Shown in pieces: positions 31,413-41,955 of a stretch of 64,000 nucleotides of DNA. The position numbers were made by a program, and so were the translations under genes. The notes under the pieces were generated by a model. It made no database searches, was not told where the DNA came from, and saw only the letters and a list, made by a program, of their open reading frames with translations. How positions within the stretch are numbered: the stretch's first letter is position 1; the number at the start of each line of letters is the position of its first letter. Location: the NCBI GenBank assembly GCA_963829055.1, contig CAWHHI010000016.1, positions 800,001 to 864,000 of the forward strand. Direction: 5' to 3'. This DNA is from an uncultured Gemmatimonadaceae bacterium (GTDB taxonomy: Bacteria > Gemmatimonadota > Gemmatimonadetes > Gemmatimonadales > Gemmatimonadaceae).

Positions 31413-31583
31413 TTACTTCAGAATCGCCAGCGGGACGAGTACGCAGTACCCGATTACGAGCAGGATCGGCGCGAGCGTTTCGCCCCCGCGAGCCAGATCG
31501 ATATACCCTGCGAGCAGCGTTGCGGCGGCGATCCCCCAGAGGATCAACGGCCGCGACCGTGGAGTGGGTTTTGTGTGGGCCAT
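31413..31583 (-). CDS. Small two-TM membrane protein, 56 aa (DUF3098-like); missing from the ORF track
   Basis: MAHTKPTPRSRPLILWGIAAATLLAGYIDLARGGETLAPILLVIGYCVLVPLAILK*. Confidence 0.7.
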   Translation of the reverse strand: MAHTKPTPRSRPLILWGIAAATLLAGYIDLARGGETLAPILLVIGYCVLVPLAILK

Positions 31584-31746
31584 AATGATCGAAGGAGTCT
31601 ACGAGCCACCCGAAATCATGTCAAGCAAGCGTCACGTCAAGAGTTAGCTCGTAACTAGCCGAGCCGTCAGCGACGCCGCGTTTCGGGAGTCGAGGCTGCG
31701 CGAATCGAAGCCCCGCTATTCGACAACTCCAGACCGGCGGCAGCGG

Positions 31747-32805
31747 TCACCCCGGTTCGGGTTCCCGCGGCGGGCCGGGTAATTCGTCAGGCGGCGGGGT
31801 GGGCGGTGTCGCGTCGCCCGTATTCGGGAGCGACCACGGAAGGCTTCGCAGGAGCGCCTCGATCGCGCTCGCCGCCTCACGCCGCTCGGCTTCCTCATCC
31901 GCCCGCACGAGCGCCGCCATGCGCAGACGGTCGCGACGGCGCCGGATCACGTAGAACGGCATCACGAGGAACAGCGTCAGCGCCGACGCGATGGAAAGAT
32001 CGGCCACGAGCGCGAGACCGCCATAACGCCGCCGGGTCCGCTTGCGCCAGATCTCCTCGAATCCTGGTTGAGTCAGGCCGTAGGCCGCGCGCACGGCGGT
32101 CTCGAACCGACCGCTCTGCTTCCAGTACTTGAAGAACAGCGTTAGGCCCCGTTCGGGATCCTGCGCCGCAAGCTCGGCCACCGCGCGATATGCCAGCGCA
32201 TACGTCCCCTCGGCGCGCAGCGACCCGCCGGCGAAACCGTTATCGAGCGAATCGAGCGACGGCATTCCGCGGAACAGCAGAACGAGGTTCGCTCCCAGAA
32301 TCGCGTCGCGCGCGACCTCGTTCGCGGCATAGCTCGCGTACCCTTCGTCGAACCACCGCGGCGGCAGCTCGCCGAGCGCCTCGTGCAACGCGAGATGCGC
32401 GAGCTCATGGCGGAGCACCTCGATGGGGTCACCGGCGTCGGATCCAGCGCCGCGCCCCTGCATCACGATGCGGTTCGACTCCGGGAACGCGACGGCAGCC
32501 CCCCATTCGGGCGCCGTCGGACCGATCCACTGGCGAAACCGCTCACGATCCGGCGCGACGGCAATGACGACGCGATTGGACGGCCGCGGTAATCCGGGGA
32601 AGGTGTCACGCGCGGTCGCCGACGCGAGAAGCGACTTCGCCAGCTGTTCATCCTGAGGATACGCGGCGACAGTGAATCGGCCGCGGTCGAAGCGCATTGC
32701 TTGCTGCTGCGCGCGCGCCAAGCTCGGCACGCACAGAAGAACGCCAATAAGCGCGCGCAGCAGCCGCGGGAATCGGGAATCGGGAATCGGGAATCGCGGC
32801 CGCAT
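31747..32805 (-). CDS. Exported, membrane-anchored zinc metallopeptidase (peptidase MA-like)
   Basis: HELAH...PRWFDEG gluzincin-type motif, signal peptide and C-terminal TM; ATG 32805 lies in the loop of a repeat hairpin. Confidence 0.8.
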   Translation of the reverse strand: MRPRFPIPDSRFPRLLRALIGVLLCVPSLARAQQQAMRFDRGRFTVAAYPQDEQLAKSLLASATARDTFPGLPRPSNRVVIAVAPDRERFRQWIGPTAPEWGAAVAFPESNRIVMQGRGAGSDAGDPIEVLRHELAHLALHEALGELPPRWFDEGYASYAANEVARDAILGANLVLLFRGMPSLDSLDNGFAGGSLRAEGTYALAYRAVAELAAQDPERGLTLFFKYWKQSGRFETAVRAAYGLTQPGFEEIWRKRTRRRYGGLALVADLSIASALTLFLVMPFYVIRRRRDRLRMAALVRADEEAERREAASAIEALLRSLPWSLPNTGDATPPTPPPDELPGPPREPEPG

Positions 32806-32844
32806 GTTGCTTGGATTCCCGATTCCCGATTCCCGATTCCCGAT
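32768..32844. repeat. (GGGAATC)4-spacer-(GATTCCC)4 inverted heptamer element
   Basis: Arms at 32768-32795 and 32814-32841 are perfect reverse complements. Confidence 0.95.
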
Positions 32845-33692
32845 CAGTCCGGCGTCCCTCCGGCTTCCACGCGAGCCAATACCTCTGCGCACCGCTTTCC
32901 CCATGGATTGAACTTGTTCGCCGCCGCACCGGCGCGCCAAGCCTCGCGCGCGTCATCCGGTTGTTCGGCCAACCAATGCGCACGACCGAGCTCGTAGTAC
33001 GCCTCGAGGAGGTTCGGGCCAAGCGAGAGGCTCTTCCGGAAAAACGTCTGCGCGTCCTCGTACATCTCGCGCTCGAGGTACACGAGACCGAGGTAGTAGT
33101 GCGCGTACAGCGTCGCTTTCGCGTCATTGTCGAGGCGGATCGCCTTCGACAGGTGCTCGATGGCCTCGCCGAAGATGCGCTTCTTCAGACAGATGTACCC
33201 GACGTTGATGCGCGCCAGCGCGTTCGCCGGCTCCTTCATCAGCACGCGCTGGAAGTTCATCAAGGCGTCGTCGTACTTCTCCTGATGCATCTGCGCCCAG
33301 CCGAGCAGCGAGATCGCCTGCGGATCGTTAGGCGAGAGCTCCAGCGCCTTGCCCAGCGCCGCCTCGGCGGCCGGGTAGTCGCCGAGCGAGATGCGCGACC
33401 ATCCTTTCTCGATGAACGTGGATGCGCCAATGTGATCGGCACGCAGCGGTGGGGCGACGGGTTGCGGGCCGGTCGGATACGCGGCACCGCCCGCCGTTTT
33501 CCACCGTTCCGCGAGCTTCTTCACATCCTCTTTGAGGGCCGCGAGCTCGGTGATCTCGCGCTCGACGCCGCGGAACAGCTCGATGATCTCCGCCTTGAGC
33601 GCGGCACGATCGGTCGACGCGTCGGCGGCATCCAGGCGCGCCGACAGTTCGGCATATCGCGCACGCAGGTCGCCGGCGGGCACGTCAGGCAT
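32844..33692 (-). CDS. TPR protein with N-terminal coiled coil
   Basis: TPR units (ALELSPND, VLMKEPAN, AIRLDND, SLSLGPN). Confidence 0.85.
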   Translation of the reverse strand: MPDVPAGDLRARYAELSARLDAADASTDRAALKAEIIELFRGVEREITELAALKEDVKKLAERWKTAGGAAYPTGPQPVAPPLRADHIGASTFIEKGWSRISLGDYPAAEAALGKALELSPNDPQAISLLGWAQMHQEKYDDALMNFQRVLMKEPANALARINVGYICLKKRIFGEAIEHLSKAIRLDNDAKATLYAHYYLGLVYLEREMYEDAQTFFRKSLSLGPNLLEAYYELGRAHWLAEQPDDAREAWRAGAAANKFNPWGKRCAEVLARVEAGGTPD

Positions 33693-34170
33693 TCCGTGCC
33701 GGCTCCTCCGACGGTCGCTCGAGCACGATGCGCTCGTCAGTTGAAAACAGGCGTGGCACATCGAGAAATATGACCAGGCGCTCCCCGCGACGCACGACAC
33801 CGCGCAGGTAGCTCGCGGCGAGGCCGCGGAACAGCGTTGGCGGCGGAGCGAGCCGCGCGGCGTCGAGCACACTCACGTCCAGCACGCCGTCTACCGTTGC
33901 GGCAACCCACTCGTCATCGACGGTCAGCACGAGGATGCGCGCATCGCTCGGAATGGGCGCAGCGGGCAGCTCGAACCGCTTGCGCAGATTGATCACCGGG
34001 ACGACCCGCCCCTGATAGTCGATGACGCCTTCGATCCAGGGCGGGACGTTAGGCACCGGCGTCGGTGCTGCATAGCGAAGCACGCGCTCCACCGAGAAGA
34101 TGTCGGCGGCGAACAGCTCGTCGCCGAGGCGGAACGTCACGATCTGTGACGCGGTCGCGGGTGCGGTCAT
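33685..34170 (-). CDS. cheW: CheW adaptor
   Basis: VTFRLGDELFA, TPVPNVPPWIEGVIDYQGRVVPVINL. Confidence 0.92.
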   Translation of the reverse strand: MTAPATASQIVTFRLGDELFAADIFSVERVLRYAAPTPVPNVPPWIEGVIDYQGRVVPVINLRKRFELPAAPIPSDARILVLTVDDEWVAATVDGVLDVSVLDAARLAPPPTLFRGLAASYLRGVVRRGERLVIFLDVPRLFSTDERIVLERPSEEPARNA

Positions 34171-34883
34171 AACGAGTCCGGTGAAGCGACGGCGAGGCAG
34201 GTGTCCACGACGACATCGGCGTCGAGCAACGTCACGAGCTCGGTGCCACGCCAGACGACACCGAGCACCATGCCGTCGGCGTCAGTATTGGGTACCGGGC
34301 GCACCGTGTCGAGGGACACATCGAAGACGTCATCGACGGCGTCCACGGCCAGCGCTATCCGTGTGGCCGAGGGACGCATAACGAGCGTCATCGTGGGGCT
34401 GCCCATCGACGGGACGGCGAGCACTCGCGCGAGCGCGTACATGGGCAGGGTGCGGTCGCGCAGCGCGAAGATCCCGAGCATCGCCGGGGGAGCGTCGGGG
34501 ATGGCGCGGGCGTCCACGCCCTCTACAGCCTCCTCCACCGCTCGGAGCTCCGTGGCGAACAGCTCCAGCCCTACGCGAAACACGAGTAGATCCGCGTGCC
34601 CCTCCCGCGCCGCAATACGTTCGCGGAACGGCGTGACCGGCGCTGGCGGCGCCGCGAGCTCGAACGGCGGAAGCTCGGTATCGAACTCCTTCGGTCGAGG
34701 CTGCCCGTTGTTCAGTGAGAGTGCCAACGTGCGCAGCGTCATCCGAGCCGCGTGGTCGGCGCGGCTCAACGCTCCCGGCCCGCGCTCGGAGGGCGCAGGG
34801 ATCGCGAGGACAGGCTCGTGGGGGGTCTTTCGACGGAGGCGTGGCATTACCTCAAAGGACAGTCGTGCGATAGGACGCGTCAC
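34167..34883 (-). CDS. cheW: CheW-domain protein with N-terminal extension
   Basis: LLVFRVGLELFA, IPDAPPAMLGIFALR, AVDAVDDV; start uncertain. Confidence 0.8.
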   Translation of the reverse strand: MTRPIARLSFEVMPRLRRKTPHEPVLAIPAPSERGPGALSRADHAARMTLRTLALSLNNGQPRPKEFDTELPPFELAAPPAPVTPFRERIAAREGHADLLVFRVGLELFATELRAVEEAVEGVDARAIPDAPPAMLGIFALRDRTLPMYALARVLAVPSMGSPTMTLVMRPSATRIALAVDAVDDVFDVSLDTVRPVPNTDADGMVLGVVWRGTELVTLLDADVVVDTCLAVASPDSL

Positions 34884-34916
34884 GGGTGACGCCTGGCGGC
34901 GGATGTCCTGCGTGAC

Positions 34917-35990
34917 CTATGCCACACTCGCGCGCGTTCGACCGACCGCGGCGCTGATTTCCGCACCGATGTCCGCGAGCGGCAGCATCCGATCGGCGCC
35001 CGCCGTCGCCAGTGCGGCCTGCGGCATTCCATACACGATCGACGTCGCCTTGTCCTGCACGATGGCGTACCCTCCCCTGTCGCGGATCGCCCGGAGACCC
35101 TCCGCGCCATCACGCCCCATGCCGGTGAGCACGACGCCGACGACTCGCGCGCCGAAGCGCTGGGCCGCCGACCGGAACAACGGATCCGCCGAGGGGCGGA
35201 CCCCCCAGATGGGAGGCGTCTGATCCAGCGCGATCACCGGAGCTCCGGACACGTCGATGACACGCATGTGCATGCCGCCAGGCGCGACGTACACGCGCCC
35301 GTGCTCGATCCGGTCACCGTGGCGTGCTTCCGTCACGCCTAACGCGCTCATCGCGTTGAGCCGCGTCGCGAGGCTGGTCGTGAAGCCGGCCGGCATGTGC
35401 TGCACGACGAGCACCGCGGCATCCATGCCAGCCCGCAGCCTCGGAATCACTTCCGCGAGCGCACGCGGTCCGCCGGTCGATGCCGCGATGACGACGGCCT
35501 GCGTCGCCGCACCGCGCTCGACGAGCGTCGCGCCTCGCTGGACGAGGGACGGGCGTGCGAGCATCGGCACGCCGCGGAGGTTCACGCATGACGCAGCGCG
35601 CAGCGCATCCAGCAAGCGCGCGCCGAGCAGCTCGGCGGTGTCGCGCGCCGACCCATTCGGCTTGTGCACGAAATCGACGGCGCCGAGCTCGAGCGCGCGG
35701 ATCGTGAGCTCTCCACCGTTAGGCGAATCGAGGGCGCTCAGCATCACCACGGGACGCGGCGTCTCGCTCATGATGTAGCCGAGCGCCTGGAGGCCGTCCA
35801 GCTCGGGCATCTCGATGTCGAGCGTGACGATCTCGGGGTCGAGCGCGTGGATCTGCTTCAGCGCGTCATGGCCATTGCGTGCCGTGCCGACGACGCGGAA
35901 CTCGCCGCTCGTCGACAGAATCTCGCTGACCATCTTCCGCATGAACGCACTGTCGTCGACGACAAGGACAGTGCGTGGACTAGAGGACAC
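34917..35990 (-). CDS. cheB: Chemotaxis methylesterase CheB (REC plus esterase)
   Basis: VVDDSAFMR, LDIEMP, ASTGGP, VQHMP, TGMGRDG. Confidence 0.96.
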   Translation of the reverse strand: MSSSPRTVLVVDDSAFMRKMVSEILSTSGEFRVVGTARNGHDALKQIHALDPEIVTLDIEMPELDGLQALGYIMSETPRPVVMLSALDSPNGGELTIRALELGAVDFVHKPNGSARDTAELLGARLLDALRAASCVNLRGVPMLARPSLVQRGATLVERGAATQAVVIAASTGGPRALAEVIPRLRAGMDAAVLVVQHMPAGFTTSLATRLNAMSALGVTEARHGDRIEHGRVYVAPGGMHMRVIDVSGAPVIALDQTPPIWGVRPSADPLFRSAAQRFGARVVGVVLTGMGRDGAEGLRAIRDRGGYAIVQDKATSIVYGMPQAALATAGADRMLPLADIGAEISAAVGRTRASVA

Positions 35991-36498
35991 GCTCTCCCAT
36001 CTTGAGCGACTTCACGACCACGCGGCCATCCGTGACGTGGAAGTACACGCTCCGCCCGTGCTCACCGCCCGTGTCGGACGCGACGAGGGGAATCTCGGCC
36101 AGCCGAAGCACGCGCTTCGTGGCTTCGACGTTACGCTCGCCCATGTTGATACCACCGGACGGCAGCAACGACGCGAACATGCTCGCGCCGCCTACGATCT
36201 TCGCCATCGGCCGCCCCCAGGCGCCGCGCTTCCGCATCTCCTCGACGAGCATCGGGATTGCCGTCGACGGGAACTTCGCGCGGTTTTCGCTGTCGAGCGA
36301 AAGCCCTTCGCTGGGGAGCAGGATGTGCGCGAGACCACCAATCCGCGACGAGCCGTCGTAGAGCATGATGGCCACGCACGAGCCCAACCCGATGGTCGAG
36401 ATGATCGATTCGCCGTTCGCCACGGCGTAGTCGGCGACCTTGACCCGGATCTCCTGCACTTTCGGATCGGTCACATTGGGCTCATTCACGTTAGGCAC
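35980..36498 (-). CDS. cheD: Chemoreceptor deamidase CheD
   Basis: TIGLGSCVAI, GLAHILLP, KIVGGASMF, GERN, DTGGEHGR. Confidence 0.94.
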   Translation of the reverse strand: MPNVNEPNVTDPKVQEIRVKVADYAVANGESIISTIGLGSCVAIMLYDGSSRIGGLAHILLPSEGLSLDSENRAKFPSTAIPMLVEEMRKRGAWGRPMAKIVGGASMFASLLPSGGINMGERNVEATKRVLRLAEIPLVASDTGGEHGRSVYFHVTDGRVVVKSLKMGERVL

Positions 36499-36500
36499 GG

Positions 36501-37319
36501 CTACCGGCGACGAAAGATGCGCTCACGCGGATCGACTGCGGCGAACAGGGAACGAGTCGGGCCCAACAACGTTTCGACCTTACCGAGAATCAGAAAGCCA
36601 CCCGGCGCCAGCGCATCGTAGAAGCGCTGGAAGAGATGCTCCTGCGTTGCACGGTCGAAGTAGATCAGGACGTTACGACAGGTGATGAACTGCATACCGC
36701 CCGGAGACGGATCGACGATCAGATCGCGCCGCTCGAACGACACGAGCGGCCGCACCTCCGGCACGACCTCGAACGGCGGTCGCAGGGAGAAGTAACGGCG
36801 TCGGATATCATCGGGCGTATCGGCGAATGCAGCCTCGGCGAACTGCCCGCGGCGCGCAGCCTCGAGGCTCGCGCGATCGATGTCCGACGCCAGCACCTGC
36901 ACGCGCGACGCGTCGGCCGTTTCACCCCGCATCGCCGCGTGGCGATGCAGCAGAATTGCCAGCGAGTACGGCTCTTCGCCCGACGAGCAGCCCGCGCTCC
37001 ACCCACGGATGGGACGCGTAGCCCCCTCCCAGAGTATCGGCACCACGAGGCGCGCCATGGCATCGAACGTCGACCAGTTTCGGAAAAGTTTGGTGACGTT
37101 AATGGTCAGCGTATCGATCAGCCGTTCGTACTCGACGGCGTCGCGATCGAGGAGCGCAGCGTAGTCGGAGAACACGTGAACGCCTCGCGCGCGCATGCGG
37201 ACGGCAATGCGGCGCCGGAGGCACTTCTCCTTGTAGCTCGAGCAGCCGAACGCGCGCTCGCGGGCGATCTTTGCCGTCAGCGCGGCGAATCCGGCGTCAT
37301 CGACCTCGGTCGTCATCAT
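36501..37319 (-). CDS. cheR: Chemotaxis methyltransferase CheR
   Basis: TINVTKLFR, WSAGCSSGEEPYS, CRNVLIYF, LAPGGFLILG. Confidence 0.95.
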   Translation of the reverse strand: MMTTEVDDAGFAALTAKIARERAFGCSSYKEKCLRRRIAVRMRARGVHVFSDYAALLDRDAVEYERLIDTLTINVTKLFRNWSTFDAMARLVVPILWEGATRPIRGWSAGCSSGEEPYSLAILLHRHAAMRGETADASRVQVLASDIDRASLEAARRGQFAEAAFADTPDDIRRRYFSLRPPFEVVPEVRPLVSFERRDLIVDPSPGGMQFITCRNVLIYFDRATQEHLFQRFYDALAPGGFLILGKVETLLGPTRSLFAAVDPRERIFRRR

Positions 37320-38933
37320 CCCGAGGTTCTCGCCGTCTCCAGATTCGTGCGCGCAATCGCATTCGTCGGCTCGAGCTCGAGCGCGCGCTTCCAGCAGCGG
37401 TTTGCTTCTTCGCGCTCCTGCCGGCGATACCGGAGGTTGCCGAGCTTGAGGTAGACGTCGGCGCCAAGGTTCGGGCGGTGCTTCACGGCGCGGAGGTAGG
37501 ACTCGAGCGCGTCGTCGTAGCGGCCCGACCGGTAGTAGCTGTCGCCGAGATTCTTGTGCAGCTGCGGCAGCGTCGCGTCCTCGAGCGCGCCTCGCTCGAA
37601 GGCCACGGCGGCATCCGGGTTCCGGCCGCGACGCTCGAGGGCGACGCCGAGGTTGTTGAGCAACACCGCCGAGTGCGGATGCGCACTCACACCATTCGAT
37701 AGCAAGGCGATGGCGCGATCGATGTCATTTGCCAGCGCCGCGGTGAGCGCCGCGTAGTGGAACCACGCCGCGGGCTTCGGCCGACGATCCCAGAGCGCCG
37801 CCGCGTCGTTCATCGCGGCGTCCGCCTCGGCGATGTCGCCGCGCCGCAGCGCGAGCACGCCCGCCGCGAGACGCGTGCGTGGATCGTGACCGCCGACGCG
37901 AACGGCCTGCGCCAGCACATCGGCCGCTTCGTCGTACCGTCCGAGACGCTCCAGCGCGTACGCCAGATTGTGATAAACGGCCGGATTGATCGCGCGGCGT
38001 GACACCATCTGCTGGAACAGCGTGACGCCGTCCTGCCATCGCCCCTGTCGCAGCAGCACGAGTCCGGCGTAGAACGTCGCGAGCTCATCGCCCGGACGCA
38101 GCTCGTTCACGCGCCGGAATTCGCGCACGGCTTCGTCGAACATGCCGGCCTTGTAGAACGCGACGCCCAGGTTGCGATGCTCGGCCACACGCGACTCGGA
38201 CGTGACAGCTTCGACGGGCTTCGTCCGACCGACGCGGTGCAGGAAGCCCGCGGTGATGAGACCGTACAGCGCTTTCCCGACGTCGAACTCGCACGAGCCC
38301 GGATTCGTCCACGAGACCGGTGACATCGCGCTTGCCGTCGACGAGCGAGACGAGCGTCTCCTGCTCCGCCGTGAGCGTGGGGGCGCTGTCGGCGAGCCTG
38401 ACGCGATCGACCTCGAAGACGAGGTCGAAGCTCGGAATCTTCTTCTCGATCAGACTCCATTCGTCCACCCGTCGCGCGCCTTCGAGCAGCAGCGACTCTG
38501 GATTGATGGAGACGAGAAAGTCCTGCTCGTCAGGCGCGACGTCCGCCTCGAAGTTGAACGTGCCCTGATTCCACGTGAACAGGTAGAACACCGCCTCTTC
38601 GATCTGCAGGCGGATGTAGCGATGCAGTTCCTCCCGTGCGATGAACTCGCGCTCGACGAGGATCTCGCCGAGCCGCGTGTCGCGCTGCGTGTTCTGTCCG
38701 GCGACCGCCTCGTCGAGCTGCGCCTGGGTGATCAGGCCATTCTTCACGAGGATGTCGCCGAGTCGATCGCGGCGGTTCACGATCGACGCGTAGCAGATGC
38801 GACCCTTGTCGAAATAGATGTAGCCGAAGCTCTGGCGATGGGTGACGCTCAGGCAGCCGCTCTTCTTGCCCATGGAGAGCAGCTGCAACACGTCCGGGAG
38901 ACTCGCCTCGCTGAGGCTTCCCTTGATGGCCAT
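37316..38933 (-). CDS. DUF4388 (PATAN-like) domain plus type II secretion-N-like segment plus TPR protein (frameshift near 38292)
   Basis: [45 protein letters not shown], then TPRs in ORF 37316-38326. Confidence 0.85.
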
Positions 38934-40855
38934 CAGCGCAGTTCCTCGATGACACGGCCATCCAGATCAGGCCATTCCATCACGATCTTTTCCGCGTCGA
39001 GGAACGACTTGTCCCCGATGGTCGGGACGGACACCGGCGTGGCGGCGCCACCGGAGTTGAGCTCACGCCTAACGATGGACATGGTGATCGGCCCGCCAGC
39101 GGCGCGCGCGGAGTGGGCGACGCGGTCGACGACCGACTCCACCTCGCCAGCACCCGACACCGGCAGCTCGGCGAGTAGCGCCGCCACGCCAGGCTCGGCG
39201 TCAGGCGCTCGATCCATGAGCATGCGCGAGTACAGCGCCTCGCGTAGCGTGCGATCCGGCGGCTGGATCGCGACCACGAGGCCGCCGTCGAAGCGCGACC
39301 GAAGGCGCGCCTCGAGCTCCCCGATCTCGGACGGTGGCCGATCGCTCGCGAGCACGACCTGCCGACCCGCGCTGTGAAGCGCGTTGAACAGGTGGAACAG
39401 CTCTTCCTGCGATCGCTCTTTCCCCGCCAGCGCATGGACGTCATCGACGATGAGCGCGCCCGCGGCGCGATAGCGCGAGCGCCACCGGTCGACGGTGCCT
39501 CCCTGTAGCGCGGCGATCAGCTCATCGACGAACTGCGAACCGCTCACGCACGCGACGGGGCCCGACAGCCCTTCCTTCCGACGCAGCGCGTTGCCGACGG
39601 CGTGGACGAGATGCGTCTTGCCCACGCCCGGGCCGCCGTGCACGAACAGTGGATTGTACTGCGAGCCGGGCGCGTTGACAGCCGCGTCCGCGGCGCGCAG
39701 CGCAAGCTGATTGGACTTGCCCGCGAGGAGTGTCTCGAGCGTGTAGGCTGGCCACGGAGCAGGCGGTGGATCGTGAGCGGCGATCGCCTGCTCGACACGC
39801 ACCTCCGCTTCCGCAACGCGCTGTGGGTCGCGAAAGACGTCGAGGCCGGCGAGTCGCGGATCCAGCAGCACGGCCTGCGCCTCGAGTTGTTCGAGACGAG
39901 TCACGCCGCTCGCGAACGCGGCGTCGAGCGCATCCACGTCCGCTTCTTCGGTCAGCGAGAGCGCGCGGTCCAGCATCGTCGTCCGGTAGCCAGCCTTCTG
40001 CCAGTGTGCGATACGCTCGCCGAGTCGCACGCGCCACCCTTCGACGTGCTGGGCGACAGCGACCGCGATGTCCGACAGGAAACCAGCAAACTCGTCGCTC
40101 GCCCCGGGTGTCGCACCGCCGAACTCGGGCGTCACGCGCGCCCCGGAAATGATCGCCCGGACGTTCGCGGGCGTCACGGTGCGCTCGCCTAACGCTTCGT
40201 GGGCCGCCAGCCGGTTGAGCGCGCCCTGCAGCTCGCGCACGCTGCCGCACGGCAGGCGCGCGAGCTCCTCGAGCACACCATTCGCGAACGTCATCTCCCG
40301 TTCCGCGCACTTGTTGCGGAGAATCGCGACGCGGGTTTCGTATTCCGGCAGGCCGATGTCCACGATCAACCCACCGGCGAGGCGCGTCACCAGGCGCTCG
40401 TCGACGTCGGCGATCTCCGACGGAGGCCGATCGCTCGCCATGATGATCTGACGCCCACTGCCCTGCAGCGAGTTGAAGATGCGGAGCATCTCGCTCTGCG
40501 TCTCGCGGCGGCCGGTGAGGAACTGGACGTCATCGAGCAGCAGCAGATCGACGCGCTGGTACAGCTGCTTGAACGCTTCCGCGTGGCCGGCGGAAATCGC
40601 GATGTGGAGTCGGTCGACGAAGTCATCGAGCGGCACGTACTCGATGACGAGCTCCGGCTGCAGCTGCTTGGCGGCGAACCCGATGGCGCCGATCAGGTGC
40701 GTCTTGCCGAGGCCGGACGGGCTGTAGATGAAGAGCGGGTTGTACGTGGCTCCGGGCGACTCCGCGACGGCGCGGCCGGCCGCGACCGCGAGGCGGTTCG
40801 ACGCGCCGACGACGTAGTTGTCGAATCGAAATCGTCCGTCCAGGAGCAGACTCAT
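38933..40855 (-). CDS. Protein with two tandem DnaA-type AAA+ modules and no DnaA domain I or IV
   Basis: Module 1: [10 protein letters not shown]...[17 protein letters not shown]...DDVQ. Module 2: [17 protein letters not shown]...DDVH...[10 protein letters not shown]. Confidence 0.9.
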   Translation of the reverse strand: MSLLLDGRFRFDNYVVGASNRLAVAAGRAVAESPGATYNPLFIYSPSGLGKTHLIGAIGFAAKQLQPELVIEYVPLDDFVDRLHIAISAGHAEAFKQLYQRVDLLLLDDVQFLTGRRETQSEMLRIFNSLQGSGRQIIMASDRPPSEIADVDERLVTRLAGGLIVDIGLPEYETRVAILRNKCAEREMTFANGVLEELARLPCGSVRELQGALNRLAAHEALGERTVTPANVRAIISGARVTPEFGGATPGASDEFAGFLSDIAVAVAQHVEGWRVRLGERIAHWQKAGYRTTMLDRALSLTEEADVDALDAAFASGVTRLEQLEAQAVLLDPRLAGLDVFRDPQRVAEAEVRVEQAIAAHDPPPAPWPAYTLETLLAGKSNQLALRAADAAVNAPGSQYNPLFVHGGPGVGKTHLVHAVGNALRRKEGLSGPVACVSGSQFVDELIAALQGGTVDRWRSRYRAAGALIVDDVHALAGKERSQEELFHLFNALHSAGRQVVLASDRPPSEIGELEARLRSRFDGGLVVAIQPPDRTLREALYSRMLMDRAPDAEPGVAALLAELPVSGAGEVESVVDRVAHSARAAGGPITMSIVRRELNSGGAATPVSVPTIGDKSFLDAEKIVMEWPDLDGRVIEELR

Positions 40856-41469
40856 CGTCCCACGGCCACACTCGGCGCAGTGGTCCCGCTCAGGCGGCGC
40901 AGCACGAGCTCCGAAATGCTGCGCAGCGTCTCGAAGACGCCGGTGCCGCGAAGGGCATCGCCGGCGTGAAAGGGCACACCACGAAAGTTGATTGCATCGT
41001 CGAGCTCATCGACATCCACGATGAGCTCGCGAGGCAGATCCTGCTTGTTGTACTGGATGACGAGCGGAACATTCCGCGCGTCAATGCCCTGCTCCGCCAG
41101 ATTCGCGTGCAGGTCCTGCATGCTCTCGATGTTCTCATCGAGCTGGCGCCGCTGACTGTCTCCGACGAACACGACGCCGTCCGCGCCCTGCAGCACGAGC
41201 TTGCGCGTCGTCGCATAGTAGACCTGGCCGGGCACCGTGTACAACTGAAAGCGCGTCGTGAAGCCCGAGATCATCCCGAGGTCGAGCGGCAGGAAGTCGA
41301 AGAACAGCGTGCGGTCGGTTTGCGTCGCGAGCGAGACCATCGACCCTCGGCGCTCGGCCGGCACCTGGTTGTAGATGTAGTGCAGATTGCTCGTCTTGCC
41401 CGAACGGCCCGGCCCGTAATAGACGATCTTGCAGGTGATCTCGCGCGCGGCGTAGTTGACGAGGGACAT
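40852..41469 (-). CDS. mglA: MglA-family small GTPase
   Basis: [45 protein letters not shown], matching Myxococcus MglA motifs. Confidence 0.93.
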   Translation of the reverse strand: MSLVNYAAREITCKIVYYGPGRSGKTSNLHYIYNQVPAERRGSMVSLATQTDRTLFFDFLPLDLGMISGFTTRFQLYTVPGQVYYATTRKLVLQGADGVVFVGDSQRRQLDENIESMQDLHANLAEQGIDARNVPLVIQYNKQDLPRELIVDVDELDDAINFRGVPFHAGDALRGTGVFETLRSISELVLRRLSGTTAPSVAVGR

Positions 41470-41471
41470 GG

Positions 41472-41945
41472 TCAGATCCTGTCCGAACAACTTCGCCAGG
41501 TTGCGGTTGAGGTCCGACTCGAAGTCCACGAGACCCGGCGCGACGCTCGCGATCGCGGCCGATGGCGTCGCCGCGGCGAGGCGCGCGCCCAACTCCTTGA
41601 AGTAGAGCCGCACGAGGCCGATCGAGGTGGTGTCGTCGAACACGGTCAGAAGAATGTGCGCTCCACGCGCCGTTGGTAGCTCGCCAAGGAATATTTGTCG
41701 CTGGTTCCCGGGATGGTGCATCGTGGTGAATGCGGCTGCCATCGAGCTGCCGTCCGATCTCCGATCCGGTCGCGTGAATCGCCGCGGCGAGCGCGCAGGC
41801 GGACATGACGTCGATGCGAACGGGTGAACCCGTGTTGGGCAAGCACGCGTCCACTCGACTCGAGCAGCAGCACCAGCCTAACGCGCGAATCGTCGATGAA
41901 CCGGAGCAGCGGCTGCTCCATCCACTGCTCGACGGCGATTCTCAT
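41472..41945 (-). CDS. MglB-like roadblock protein (2-3 apparent indels)
   Basis: Pieced across frames: [40 protein letters not shown], with a C-terminal helix [14 protein letters not shown]; directly upstream of mglA. Confidence 0.75.
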
Positions 41946-41955
41946 GATCGCACGC

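Noticed and set aside
38933..40855. Canonical dnaA / oriC region
   Set aside because: No domain IV, no dnaN/recF/gyrB neighbours, and no DnaA-box cluster or AT-rich unwinding element seen.
40852..41742. Apparent MglB-MglA fusion ORF
   Set aside because: The MglB-like gene already has two indels, a TGA sits 2 nt before the mglA ATG in another frame, and MglA starts with its normal MSxxN N-terminus.
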